From Takakia lepidozioides (taxonomy: Eukaryota; Plantae; Bryophyta), in the NCBI GenBank assembly GCA_030704615.1, contig CM060731.1:37076001-37140000 (forward strand): DNA of 64,000 nucleotides, read 5' to 3'. A program made the translations under genes and the position numbers. This document shows, piece by piece, positions 12,529 to 26,200 of the stretch (position 1 is its first letter; each line of letters starts with the position of its first letter). Under the pieces are notes generated by a model. It was not told the DNA's origin. It made no database searches and saw nothing but the letters and a program-made list of their open reading frames with translations.

Positions 12529-14103
12529 GTTTGAACCCACAATCACTAGTAAAGCGCCTTATGCCCTTACCATTGGCCCGGCTAAATGTCCATTAGGGCA
12601 CGCACATGAGCAAGCAAAGTGGCAAATTCGCCATGGCATGGTGTGTCAGCAGGGCGATCGTCGGGAAGTGAACTTGAGGTTTGCTACTCACCCTATAGCT
12701 TCCCTCCATCACAAACAACTTGTAGCACAATACTATGGAATTTGTCGATATTGCAAAAATCACTAACTGCAAATGTGACTATTTTATTAGGAAGCTCAGC
12801 TAAATGAATGTGGCTGCCATCAATTGCTCCACAAACATTAGGTAGCCTTGTGAGCTCCTAGAAATGGTTTATAATGTCTTTCACATTCACCTGAAGGGAT
12901 ACTAATGCACATTGAAACGATCAGCCGTATGTGTAGCACTATACCCATGAGCAAACCTATATAGAACAATGGCCACAATTTTTTGGATCTCGAATTGTGG
13001 CCTCACAGCATAAGACATTGAGATTGCAAGAAAGATGTCAGTTCTAAAACTAAGTTGTTGAAAGCTTCAGAACTCATTATGTAAAACATTAAACATTTAT
13101 TGTCTTTCATTTCAGGTGGGGTATACCACACATTTCTTCCACATGATCCCAATGCGTTATCTAGATTCTTTCCACCACAAAGCGAGGTAGATGCCTCTTC
13201 CTCTTTGAAAGGCAGAGAAGATTGGAATAAATTAAAACCATAGTGAAGGTTCCTTGTCTGCAAGCATGTGCCTCACTCTAGACTTAAACATTTCACAATT
13301 TCCCAATGTAACATAAAGAAGCATCCAAAATGAGCAAAACCGTTGCCAAGACAGCTCAATCCATTTCTATGGAAGGTTTTGATATACAAACAAGAAAGCA
13401 CGTAATGGCAAGCACTCTAAGCAACCAACACCAAAAAAAGACCAAAGTGGCAAGGTTAGCATGCTAGCTAGGAGGCTTCGCTTTGCTCTCTTGAGGTAGG
13501 GCCTGTGGGTGGCGAACTCGCCTCGCTAACATAAATGAGCAAAGTGCCATGTGCGCGGGCCTATTGTCCTGCACTACAGTAGGTTGGGAGTTTGTTCCTT
13601 GCCTCTGCATAACAAAGGTGCTCCAAGGTGCAAAGTGTCACATAACCTAGGTCATCTAGGGTTCAAAATGTCCACCTTCCAATGAAAGAGACACCACAAT
13701 TTACGCTTCCTCGAGAGAGGGTGTCATCATTTTTTATTTTTTTGGGTTGTCCTATCATCCACATTATTCTGCAGATGGCCCATAGATGGTCCATAATTTA
13801 CTCTTTCTTGGGGACGCGTCGACGTATCATCTCTTTCCTTCTTTTCTTTTTCCTGAAGATGGTCCAACAACGAACATATTTACACTGGTGGTTGTGGGTT
13901 CAAAACTTCAAACCACATGTTGGAAGTCATAAAAATGTCCACCTTCTAACCAGAAGGTGGTAGCCCTCGGCATCCATAAAGTTAGGCTTGCTTCGTCAAC
14001 GCGTTCAAATTTGTGTTTTTGGAAATGGTCCGGGGTTCAAACCCACACACAATCATCCTTCAGCAAAGATGTTCTTTGTTTTGTTTTCACGCTTGGTATC
14101 GTG

Positions 14104-14782
14104 CAGTGTTGGTCTGGTATCAGGTTTCTTACATACCTGAGTGGTCCTGGTACCAGCCCCATCACGAAACTTTCATACCAGACTGGTCTATATAATGGTG
14201 GATGTATTTTTTTTTATAGATATTGGCATGAGTAGCATGACGACAATACCAGCTGGTATGAGATATCAAAATTTTTTTTTTTTTTTAAATTTTTGGGAAG
14301 GGGACTGAATCAAAAAATAAATAAAAAATAAAAAATAGTCCAATTCTTTTTTATTTTTCTTACCTCTTATAACAGGAAGGTGGACACCTTCATGACACAC
14401 CAGATGGTGGTTTGAACCCAGAACCACATCCAACGTGGTATGTGCCAATTACCACTGCGCTACATGCTAGTTGTCAATCAATTCTGGTATCATTCCAAAG
14501 CCATTTGACTTACAAGTTTATCAAATATCAAGTGAAAAAAATACAATAAACATAAAATAAATATAAATAAGTACATGTATGTCCATATAAACTAGTATAA
14601 TACACATACCAGAGTAAATGAGGAAGGAGGGGGGGGACTGGTATTGTGGCTGGTGTGAGAAAACGATACCAGCCTGGTTTGGTATATGACCTAAGTATTG
14701 TAGAACTTAAGACCAGGCTGGTCTGGTCCGTGACACCAGGGTTGATACCAACGTTGATACTCGGGTCTGATACCCGTCACTG
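14104..14782. mobile_element. hAT MITE, 679 bp, related to 10472-11172
   Basis: Left end CAGTGTTGGTCTGGTATC, right end ...CCCGTCACTG; 8-bp TSD GTATCGTG (14096-14103, 14783-14790); GGTATC/GATACC subterminal repeats. Confidence 0.82.
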
Positions 14783-17289
14783 GTATCGTGCGCAGGTTCA
14801 AATCCCGAGGCAAAGAGAGAGCATGGGATCGTGCCTGGTCTGCAGAGCGTGGCAGGCAGGCAGCTCAGTGAGGCCTTGCATCTCCCCGAAGGATCTCTGC
14901 AACTCTCCATGAATCCCTGCTTGCATCGGGGTTTTCTCTGCAAGTACCGGTGCTGCTGCCATTGCCATGGTCTCCTACATCTCCTCGACTTCATATCGCA
15001 GGGAGCAAGCCATGAAGGCGCTTCCGCTTCGCATATTGTCTGGCGTTTCTCCTGTACGTTCACTTCTCATAGCTCTGTGGATGTGTTCTTCTCTATGTAT
15101 CCGGTTTTTCTCTTGGTAGGCTCACGTCTGGAAGAGCTTCCGTTATCTATCCAGCATTGTAATTCATCGTATTGCAGTACAGTAGTCCAGTATGTTACTC
15201 CCGGTGTGGTTGTAGGTTCTGTGAACACCGGGAGCTTCTCACAGCTTAGAATAGTCATTCGTTTTCTCTCTTAGGTCCCTTCTCTATCCGTTTGCTGTTT
15301 GTGTCACTGTTTACGACTCACATTGAATCGTAATTTGGAGGTTTCTGTCTTGACTGCATTTGCATTCCTCTGCCGCAGAGACAGGCTCGTAAATCCAGAC
15401 CCGCTTTCTATGCTGGTCACGTCAGTGGATATCTTCTAGCGTATGTTCCCATTCTCGTGGTTCCATGCAGGATCAGGTTCTCTGTCCCGTCCTAGACGTT
15501 GTCCCTCTCTTGTCAGTGCTATTTCATATTCTGGGATACACATAAGTGGGCGGGAGTGTCCCTGTATGAGCTGACACACCAATGTGGGTGGAATTTAGAG
15601 TGTATTGATGGGAAATGGCAATGTAGGAAGTATTCATAATCCAGTTTTCTGCTCACACTGTCAGACATCTTCCCTGGAAAATGCACATTACTTGTTTGCG
15701 CCTTCTTTACTTCTGTCTTTCTCTTCACGCCCCAGCTGTATCTCCCAGTGTCACCAATACTGTCACATGACATAATTGTACTTTTGACCTCTATGTGCTT
15801 GTCAGAGACAGCTTATGGATTAGTAAGTCGATGTCCCTCTTCCCTCTTTCTCCTATCTTTGTCTTGTTGCTTTCTATGATCCTGGCACTGATCAGTTGAG
15901 CTTTGAGGGTAACTGGCTCCGGAGACATATAGTCTCTCTTTCTAGAATTTCGCCTCTGTCTCTGTCTCTGTCTCTGTCTCTCTAGAGGAGCCATTTCCCT
16001 GCACACAGACCTTCTGTCTCTATCACTCTCTTACCTTCCCCTGGCCCTCAGTAATGCACGCACCCTCACACATATGTTGTTAGGCATACCGCACCAGCGT
16101 TTCCTCCTGTCTATCTGCCTGAAGCATTCCTCACTGGTCCTTCCGCTGCCATCAATTGCACTCCTTGTCTTTGGCACTGACGTTGCACACTGTATTGTCC
16201 AGGACCAGTCAGTGAGCTAAAATCAAGTGGAGCTGATGAACATTTTGTAAAACTTCTTGAAAAACAACCATCAGCTTCTTGGAGTCATGGATGGGTAGGT
16301 GTTGAATCACCATTCCTATCTAGCCCAGTCTTTTCCTCCTTGTATCTGTTTTCCACCTAAAATGTGTGCATGTGTGCTCTTTTTACTCCTTTCTATTCAC
16401 TGACCTCCCAAAAGTCCATTGTCTGTCTCTGATACATTGGTCTTTCCCCTGACTTCATCTACGTCTCTTCAGCAAGCTCCTGGATTATAGGCGAGCTACA
16501 TTGTATGCAACTTTTGGCAATGAGGACACTGCAGTTGGGAAGGCTAGAGACACAAGTTATTTGCAAGGTGGAATAAAATCTGTAGTCTGAATATGGGTAA
16601 CCATGACTCTGCCCAGTAGATCTCAGAAAAGGGTAATTTCTCTGAGAGATTTTTGTGGTAGTTGAGTCGTTGACGTGAATGAATTGAACTCCAAGCAGCT
16701 AGTTTTTAAGCATGTGCAATAGACACCCACTTTTCTTTTGTCCTATATTGGTGTGTAAGCTTTCTGTAGGTTCATGGACAACTCTCCACAACTTGGTGTA
16801 TGGGCACAACTTGGTTTCTGTCATTCGATCTGGTTCTCTTGTTCTTTTTCTTTGTTGTTCGGTCCCCCTGGGCCCATGGATGTCTTTCTATTCTCTGCGG
16901 CATTAGATCTTAGATCTTCTTCTTCTTCTTCTTCTTTGTTGGTGCTCCACTTTCTTTCTTGTTTCATGCATTCTCTTGTCCCATGAGCTCTTCGAGTCTA
17001 CTGCGGATGTTATAAACTATCAGTTTCATTTCCTTCCCTTTCTTATTTGACACCAAAAACCCTAACCAGGGTTTATGCTTTTCACCATTTAATGTTCAGG
17101 GAAAGTAACATCTTCCATTTCTGTTAAGATGGTCATAAACTAATGCCCCGGTTACTAAGCCTGATTCAAAATTAAAATTAGAACTAGGTCATTGCAGAAG
17201 CACATGGTGACCTCTGGCACCAGTGTAAGTGTGTCTTGTCAAGGCAATGTAGGATAGCTGTCTCCACCAAGCTGTATAAGGATCTTCAA

Positions 17290-20200
17290 ATGATGTTAGC
17301 ATGGAAATCAGGAGGAAGAAAGAAAGAAAGGTAGCAAGTAGCGCGTAGCAAAATAGAGTGATAACAATCAAGATGTTTACATTTGGATTGCAGGCCAACA
17401 GATGTTGAACTACTGCAGCGGTATCGGCGTGACCGGCGGGAACTTCTCAACTTTCTCCTTTCAGCTAGCGTGATTAAAAAAGTTGTGATGCCTCCAGGGG
17501 CAGTCTCATATGATGACATTGATCTTGACCAAGTCAGTGTTGATTACATTCTCGAGTGTGCTCGGAAAAGTAAGTAGCACATTTTTAAGCATTATGGAGG
17601 ACGCATGTTACTGAAAATTGTTCTTGCATACATTGGCCACGCTAGTGCTGAGTATGCTTTCCTTCTGCATCTCATGCACAGCAATCAACTTATGTGTATA
17701 GCTTGGCAGGCTTGTTTCAATTTGAATACCCATAGATTATTGTCCAAGCTGCATCGACCATTGCATTACGCCAAGGTCTATGCAACATATGTTTCTAAAT
17801 AGAGTCTGTTCTTAGGGAATTGTGACGATATGAGGTCTTTCCTTGTATGTCAGATGCTGTTTTGGAGCTCTCAGAGGCAATTAAGAGATATCATGACGAC
17901 CTCAACCTTCCACCCACGGTAAATAAACCTTTCCTAGTCAGAGTTGACAGAATCTGGTAACAAAGCATCAAATCATGAGTGGCTCCATCACTATTTCACA
18001 TGATATTGATGTTCCAGCCTGCATGCATGGTTTGGGCTTTCTTTAGCTCTCCTTCCTCTCCCTTTGGGCCTCCCATGTGGGTTGTAAGTTTCTTTCTTCT
18101 CTCTATGTGCACTCGGGGTATCCTATGCTTCTTTTTCTGTATCTGGGTATCTCTGTCCCTGTGTGTGTGTCTTCTTGCCAACATGATCGTTTCTCAGTAC
18201 AGTAAAGTGGCAGTGCAATCATAGCTACGTCTGTCACATCTGTAAACCCTGAAAACCCTGAAAGCAGGTTAATCCAATTCACAGAGTGGCCAGGACAATA
18301 ATTCGCATTCAGCTACTCCCCAGGATAGCCTTTTAACTCAACTTTTATGTGGCAGATTTCCTCACAATCTGGATCAATTCATACTGAGTATGATAAATAG
18401 ATTGTGAAGCCAGATGTGTCCAAAACTAGACCCAGCAAAAAGTCCAAGCTAGAAAATCCCTCTGCAGAAACAACTTGAGGATCTTTACAGTCAGCCAGGG
18501 TTCTTAACAGCCTAGATTGATAAGCTCCTAATGATCCCGAATTACACTGCACTGCATCGGAGGCTAACCCAAGGACTGATACACCATAGGATGTTATGAC
18601 AAGAATGTTCCCCACTGTTACTCAGAAAACTGAGACAAATATGTCCATTGTAAATGGCTTGTCAAAAGCAGCAAAAAATGTTGATGTAACTTGAGGATTC
18701 AAATAATGAGGAAGAAAGATGGCACTACAGGCCATGTTGTAAAGTATTTCCCCATTGGAACTGTTCTAGGAAGACTGTCCCCATTCCTTATGCTTTTTCT
18801 TAAATAGTGACCGAACTGATTGTTGCAAAGTCCCCCAATTTACGGAACCAAGTTCTTCTGTCTTAGTTCCCTCGTTTTTTTTGTGTGTGTGAGTGTGTGT
18901 TCCTTCTCCTCATTCTCCTGTGATGCAGTTCCTTCAGAATGGTCTAGGCCATCCTCTCTTTTGAGTACTTTCGTCCCAATTTACGTATGATTTGGCTGGG
19001 ACTTATGTTGAGGCTTTTTGCCATACAATCGCTGCAAAATCTTGCACAAAAGGTGCTATCACTACGTGTTTATATGGTTCCAAGGGCAACATGGCATGTT
19101 GTTGAGTTATAGGCACTTGTTTTCTGGAATTAATGCAAGGAGAGTGACGTGTTTGCAGGCTGGTGGTGGTTTAGGGGAGGTCTTCTTCTTGGTTACACAT
19201 CCTGACTTTTCAGGTCCTGTGCCAAACCGATCAGCCCCTGTCAAGGCAGCTGCCCTTCCCCCACCCCTTGCTCTGACTCTCCCTTTGCGATCGACGCCTT
19301 CTAAATCTATGGACATCGATGAAGAGATTGATGATTTCGAAGATGGCGATGCAGAAGAGTATGTCACAGAGACCACAAAACGTACACTAAACGATATCAG
19401 TGATTTTGTCCTGGGCATGCCCCCCTTTGCCACAGGTTTGATTCTTTGACATGACAGACATGTTTTTGGTTTGCTTTGTAAGGTACAACAATCTTCAGAA
19501 AGGTTTTCTATTCTTCAAACCACTTTTTATGTTAAAGCGATGTTCAACCATGACTTTTGCATATCTGATGTCATATCATGTGAGTTGTTAGCTCACTAAA
19601 GCTCGGAAGAATGCGAGAAAGTTGGGTGTAGCAGCTCTAGCCAAAGTTGACAGATAAAAATGTAGTGCAACATACACCATCATTATTAGCATTGCATAGC
19701 CTCGCTCCAGGAAAAGCTGTCAGGTCTCAGCTGATTGGTTAGACACTCAATCATAGATCATAGGGTTATCTTGCAGAAATGAGAAACTTCTTGGCTGTCC
19801 AAGAAACTGATGCTTTCGACATGGATGTAGAAAGCCTTCAGTCACATGTCTGAACCCTGGTCAAATAGAATAGTCAATAAGGAAAATGGGAACGAGTTAC
19901 TTGATGCTGCACAAGTGGACATACCCTGAAAGTGTGGTCCCACCATGTAGGTACATACACTTCACTCCATCAAACAAATAGTGTAATCGTTGTATTTGAT
20001 TTGTCATTGTTCTTGCGTTTATGCAGGGTTATCAGATGATGATCTTCGTGAGACATCTTACGAAGTCTTACTCGCTTCGGTTGGTGCTGCTGGGTACGCT
20101 TGTCCCATTTTCTGCCCTGTTCAAGTATTCTGAGAGGTGGAGGGAATTGAGTTGGACTGTGCTCAGTTGTAACAAATTCTCTCTTCCCCTCCTCTCCCTT

Positions 20201-23200
20201 TCCCAATTATTCCCATGTCTTGTTGAGTAAGGTATATTGGAAACAAAGCCCCATTCAGAGAATCAGTATGTTTGGTATCAAGAGTATCAAGAGTTATGTT
20301 CGGTATCATGAGTATGATACAAACATAGAGGTGTAACCTTTCTCTCCTTTTTCTATCTTTGACTCTGGTTTTTGTTTCCTCTCTCATGTTTTCTTCCATT
20401 TTGTCCCATAAGCTCTATGAGCTTTCCACGGACGTTATAAAGCACCATTTCATTTCATTTCATTTCTCCTATTTTGCAGGGGCCTCATTTCCCCGGCTAA
20501 AGAAAAGAAAGAGGAGAAGAAGTCAAAGCTGGTTAGAAAGTTCACAAGAAACAAGCCTGATAAGTACCAGCCTCAGCCAACGCGTGCACCAGGGCTTGCC
20601 GGTCTAATGGAAACCATGCGGACGCAGCTTGAGGCAAGCTCCTATGTTGACCTAGTGACAATCTTGCTTGTTATTGCACTTTTTGTAATTGCATTTGATC
20701 AGATGTATGAAATGAAATGGAAAGAAAGCTTGTGAGCCCTCTTTGGCCATGACCCTCCTGTTGCATGGGAGGGCAAGAGGGAGAACCAAAAGAAGAAATG
20801 AAACGAAATGAAATGGTACGTTATAACGTCCGCGGAAAGCTCAAAGAGCTTATGGGATAAAAGGGAAATTCAAGAAAGAAGAGACAAAACCACAGCCAAA
20901 AGCAGCCCAAAAGCAACTACTGCTCAAGGGATTGCCTAAGGGTCAAGTTCTCATGCTGATAAGCTGCCAAGCATTTCTGATCCTCATAATGGAAGACTTC
21001 AGTGAGAGATTGGGTTCCACGGAATAGACAGTTGAATCTCCCATGGATCTCATAGTATGGAGGGCAATAAAAGAAGAAATGTTCTTCAGTTTCGATTTCC
21101 CGGTTGCGCCCAGTGCACTCTGGGCATAGGCGATCCTCCCGTTGCAGGTTTTCCCATCTACCAGTCTCTATCCGTAGATTGCGGGAGCCGACCCTGAACT
21201 GCCCCAATGCCCTGAGGAGGGAGGGACATAAAAGCGCTGAAAGGTAATTGGGCCGCAAGATTCTATCATCACAGAACCAAGAATGTCCCCCGATAGAAAT
21301 GGAGTTTTGTTGTGAGAGAGGGTAGCTTCCAGGTTCTCCGGACATGTAGTTCCATAAGTTCTCTTCTGATGAGTCTGTTGCGATCTTGTTTGGATGTGAT
21401 TTCCACCCCTTCTGTATTTTGTGGCATTAGGGGAGCAATAGGGAGTCCATTGTGCTCGTAAAAACCGAACATACCAGGAGGCTTCAAAACCTGCTGTTTT
21501 GAGTCTAATAGATGTTGTGTGGACTCTTGCCCCGAGCCCTTCGGGTGAAAGAAACTTTACAACCTCCACGAAATGATACTTTATCATGTCCGCGAAACCT
21601 GAAAGAGCTTGTTGGACAAGAAAGCAAACAAGAAAGAATCTTTATAACGGTCGCAGGAAGCTCACAGACCTCATGGGACAAAGGAAAGTAAGATCCAAGA
21701 AAACTGTGGCCCTGAGTAAGCAGCTCAAAAAATCAAAATCATTTTCAAAAGATTCTATAGGGTAGGCCTGTCATCTCTGATCCTCATAATGAAACAGGAG
21801 CGATTGGCTTCTACAGAGCAGTAGTTGCATCCCTGAAAGAAACGAGGAACAAGGAAAGAAACAAGGAAATGAAATGAAATGAAATCATGCTTTATAACGT
21901 CCGCGGAAAGCTCATAGAGCTTATGGGACAAAATGGAAGAAAACATGAGAGGAAACAAAACCAGAACCTAAGAATAAGAACTAATGTTCTAGTGATTGTC
22001 TACGGGTGAAGGCCTTGTGTAGGTAAGCTGCCAAGCATTTCTGATCCTCATAGTGGAAGACTTCAGTGAGAGATTGGGTTCCACTGAATAGACAGTGGAA
22101 TCTCCCACGGATCTCGTAGTATAGAGGGCAGTATAAGTCTTCAGTTTCAATTTCCCGGCTGCGCCCTATGCAAGCTGGACATAGGCGATCCTCCCGTTGC
22201 AGGCTTTCCCATCTGCCAGTCTCTATCCGTAGGTTGTGGGAACCCATCCTGAACCACCCCAATGCCCTCAGGAGGGAAGGAGATAAGGATGTTGAAAGAA
22301 ACAAGGAAAGTAAGGAGAGTGGTGGGGTGGGGAAACTTTTGGCATTTAATGTGTTGGTTGTTTTTCTGATATAGATCTCAGAAGTCACTGATCGGCGAAC
22401 AAGAGAGGCATTGCTACATGCAGCGGCTGCAAGAGTTGGAAAGAGGATGGACACACTGCTGGTGCCCTTGGAACTTCTGTGTGCTGTGTCACGCTCTGAA
22501 TTTACTGACAGAAAACTTTACATACGGTGGGAAAAACGGCAGGTAACGAACAGGTCTTCTAAAGCACCCCTTGAACCCTTCTTCTGGTTCTTTCTTGCAT
22601 CTGTGAATAAGTTTATTCTCAATCTCTTCACAAAATTTGAATGACCGTATCAGTTTAGAGGGAAGGCGCAGGGACAAGGTAGTCAGGAAAGGAAAGATGT
22701 AAAATGTGTTAAAATAATGGATTGACACTGCAGAGCTTTGAGTGGTAAATCTTACAAGCAATGCCCTCCATCTGACAGCCACTAGGGATTGGAAACCTGG
22801 TACTCTTGTTTTAGAAACTGAAAGCTGTACAGTTGACATTGGATTGAGCTGTAGTAGCTATTGTGGCTGTCTAATGAATTGCTTCTAGTTTGTTCACAGG
22901 TCAATCTACTTGTGGAAGGGCTGTTGAACCATCCTGCTGTTGGCCTTGAAGCTTCAGATCGCATGGCAGCTGAACTTCGAGGTTGGGTTACCAAACTTGA
23001 AGAAGCAGAGGTGAACCAACATTTCTGTGAGCTGTGGTTGTGGGTTTAAGTTTATGATATTTCTCGGAGATTAGCCATCGTTGGGAGAATGAGCCTGCCT
23101 GTTTCACCTGTACATGCTAGAGGTCCCTAAAATGGAAATGAAGCTCGAGCAGAATGGAATGACAAAATCCTCCTCATTGATGCAGTGCTTGTCCCACAGT

Positions 23201-26200
23201 ATTGATTTGACCCATCCAAGTTCAAGTTCCTGATCATCCTACATCCTTTCTTGCTTCTTAGTTGACTCTTGATGTGACCCCCTACCTTGGTAGTTCTGAT
23301 ATCCTGCATGGCAACACCACTCAAGATTTGCGTAATCCCATTGTTGCTGCTCAACACCTCCAGCAGGGATGACTTAGGTGTAGGATCATTTAGAGAGGTC
23401 ATGTGGCTTGCATTCATCTGCTAGGGTTGGGCATATGATGAGGCAGTGTAAAGCTTGAGTGCTAAAATGTGTGTGTATAATCTGCAAGATCTTGTTTTCT
23501 GTCTTCAACTTTGATTAAAGAAGTTCGGGCAATGTGTTGCAGACTCTCCCATCTCCTGCAGGTCCTGCCCAGCGTGCTGAGAGCTTGAAAGCCATGAGAG
23601 GTGTGGCCATTGCTTTGGCAGAAAGGGCTGGAAGAGGGGACCAGACGGGCGAGGTTTGCCATTGGGCAGATGGCTATCATTTGAATGTGCGCCTGTATGA
23701 AAAGCTGCTGATGAGTGTATTTGATGTTCTGGACGAGGGCCAGCTTGTGGAGGTACTTTGGGCTGGACTAGTTTTGCTCCACTTGTTGTCCCATTAGTCC
23801 TTGGAACCTCTGTGAATGTCACAAAGTTTCTTTCTTGTTCTTCTTGGATCATTCTGGCTTGAAAAGATTGCAGATAATTCATGAGCTTGTACGTTTCTCA
23901 TCTGTGGCGCAGGAAGTTGAAGAGATTTTGGAGCTGCTGAAGTCGACGTGGCGGGTTTTAGGAATCACCCAGACTGTCCATGACACTTGTTATACTTGGG
24001 TTCTTTTTCGTCAGGTTAACTCCAAGCATATTACACCAGAAAGGAAAAACCAGGGGCTAGGAAATGCTGTGGTGACCTCTATCCAAGATTGTTATCTAAG
24101 TTCAGAGTTTGCTAGGCTCTTACATAGATATATAAGATTGCATAAGTTTTTAGTTCGTCTTGTGCTTTTCCTGCATGGTACTTGACCAATCTCCACATTG
24201 CTATCTTACTCTCTTATCTAAATAGTCTGTCCGGGGTTCTCTCACCAAAGAGACGCTCTCTTCAAATCTATCAAGGGAATTGTGCCTGTACCTCTGTTTA
24301 CCAACTTTGAAAGTCTCGAGGCTGAGCCAAAAGCCCAGGCCCTCCTGAGGCCTAGTTATTGGGCAAATCACACACAGCAGATTGATGCTTGTGTGAAGGG
24401 ATTTCTAGAGGATATCTGGAAAACCTGGATTAATTCTATATATGAAGGTAAGTCTTACTACCAACGTCAGCCCCTGACAGAGGTAGGTTCTGTCCCTTTT
24501 GTTTCCGCTCAAACTGGGCGCGGGGTCAATGGCCACAAGGCTACAGCAAACAACGTCTTATGACTTATCTAAATTTATAACTGTCCCTTCTTTGTTGTTT
24601 GCCCCACCGCGCCACTTCCTCTCCCCCCCCCCCCCCCCCGGTCCGTGATCTTTCACGTGTGAGGCTGATACATTCTGGTTGCAGTATGTGTTGACAGGGG
24701 AGTCAGTGCTACTGCAGCATGCCACACAACATATGAAGAGAATTGCTTCGGATAGCCAAAGAAGCACACAAGAGAAGAACCACATGAAAGGGCTAAGGTC
24801 CATAGTGGAAGGTGCTGAGGGGCCCCAGGAGCTTACTTACGTTCAGTCAGTGCTTACGCCCATAAAGCAGTGGGCAGACAAGCAGCTGGATGATTATCAC
24901 TTACATTTTGCAGATGTATGTATTTTCTTGCTCGTTTTGGCATATGTCAAGAGGGAATCTTAAACTGTGAAGAATGTGCTCATAAGACAGTGTTTTCCAT
25001 AGCCTTGTGGCCATAGATTCAGTGCCCCAATTTGGGCGGAACAAGAGGGAACAGACTCTACCTTTGTGAGGGGCTCTCTCCAGGAAGAGAGGGATCAAAA
25101 GAATAAGAGAACTGAAGCAAAAGAGCTTATATGCGAGAAGAAAAGAAAAAATGAGATGAGGTATCTTATAATGTCTGCGTAAAACCCAAAGAGCTTATGG
25201 GACGAGGAAGCAAGAAACAAGAAAGAAAGAGGGTCTCAAGCAGCCCAAAAGCAACTGAGGGATTTGAAAGCCAAAAACAGTGGGGCCCTAAACATGCCCA
25301 AAATCTACTCAGAAATTTTCTACGTGTGAGGCCTCATGAATATATTGCACCAGGCATCTCTGGTCCTAATAATGGAAGATCTGTCAGGGATTTTCTGTTC
25401 GTGATGAGGCAGTAGAACCTGCCCTAAGAAATCCTTGAATTTGGAGTCCATATCTGCCTGAGGCATGTCTGAATTTGGCAATCTACCATTTAGACCTTTG
25501 ATTTACAGTGGTTTTCTGCAGTTGATGAAGCATCTCTACCTGTGTTGCCTGTTTGATACAAGCTATCAAGAAAGTTTAATTTATATTGAATCACAAACAC
25601 ATCAGGGAAGATACTTGCATGGCTATCCTGAGGCTGTTGACTTATTTCTGAAAGCTTTTGAATGTTTGTATGAGCAGTCTCCCAGCAAGATGGAAGTCTT
25701 GGTGACAGTGGCGATGATTTCGGGGCGGCTTATAGCAGATGAGGATGAACAATCTGGGGTAAGGAATAGATCTTTCGTAAAGCACATTGCTTTGATGTCT
25801 GTACATTTGAAACTATGTGGCAGAGCACTTATGTTGCTTAAGATTGTCTCACAATCTTTGTGGAACACTCATTGCAGCAAAAGAAGGTACCAAAGAGGAC
25901 TTCGAGACAAGCCTGGATGTGATAGATTACGTTGAGGCTTTGTGTATATGTATCTGGTGAGAATACAACTGCAGACTGATTGATTGATTATTCCTGGCAC
26001 CTTTGATGTAGGTTATGAGAATGACATCGGCAGCAGAGATGGCAGCAGTTGCCAAACAGGCTGAAGATTACATCTGGTCTTCCATAAAGTTGGCATATGA
26101 AAGGGTGAGTTGAGTCTTCGTCTTATACAATTCTGGTTCACTGCTTACTGTTTTCTGATGAATTACTGAGCCCTCATTTGTGGGTCTCAAGTACTTTAGA

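Noticed and set aside
14646-15274. Several overlapping ORFs upstream of PATROL1
   Set aside because: No homology recognised; probably promoter/5' UTR sequence and MITE edge.
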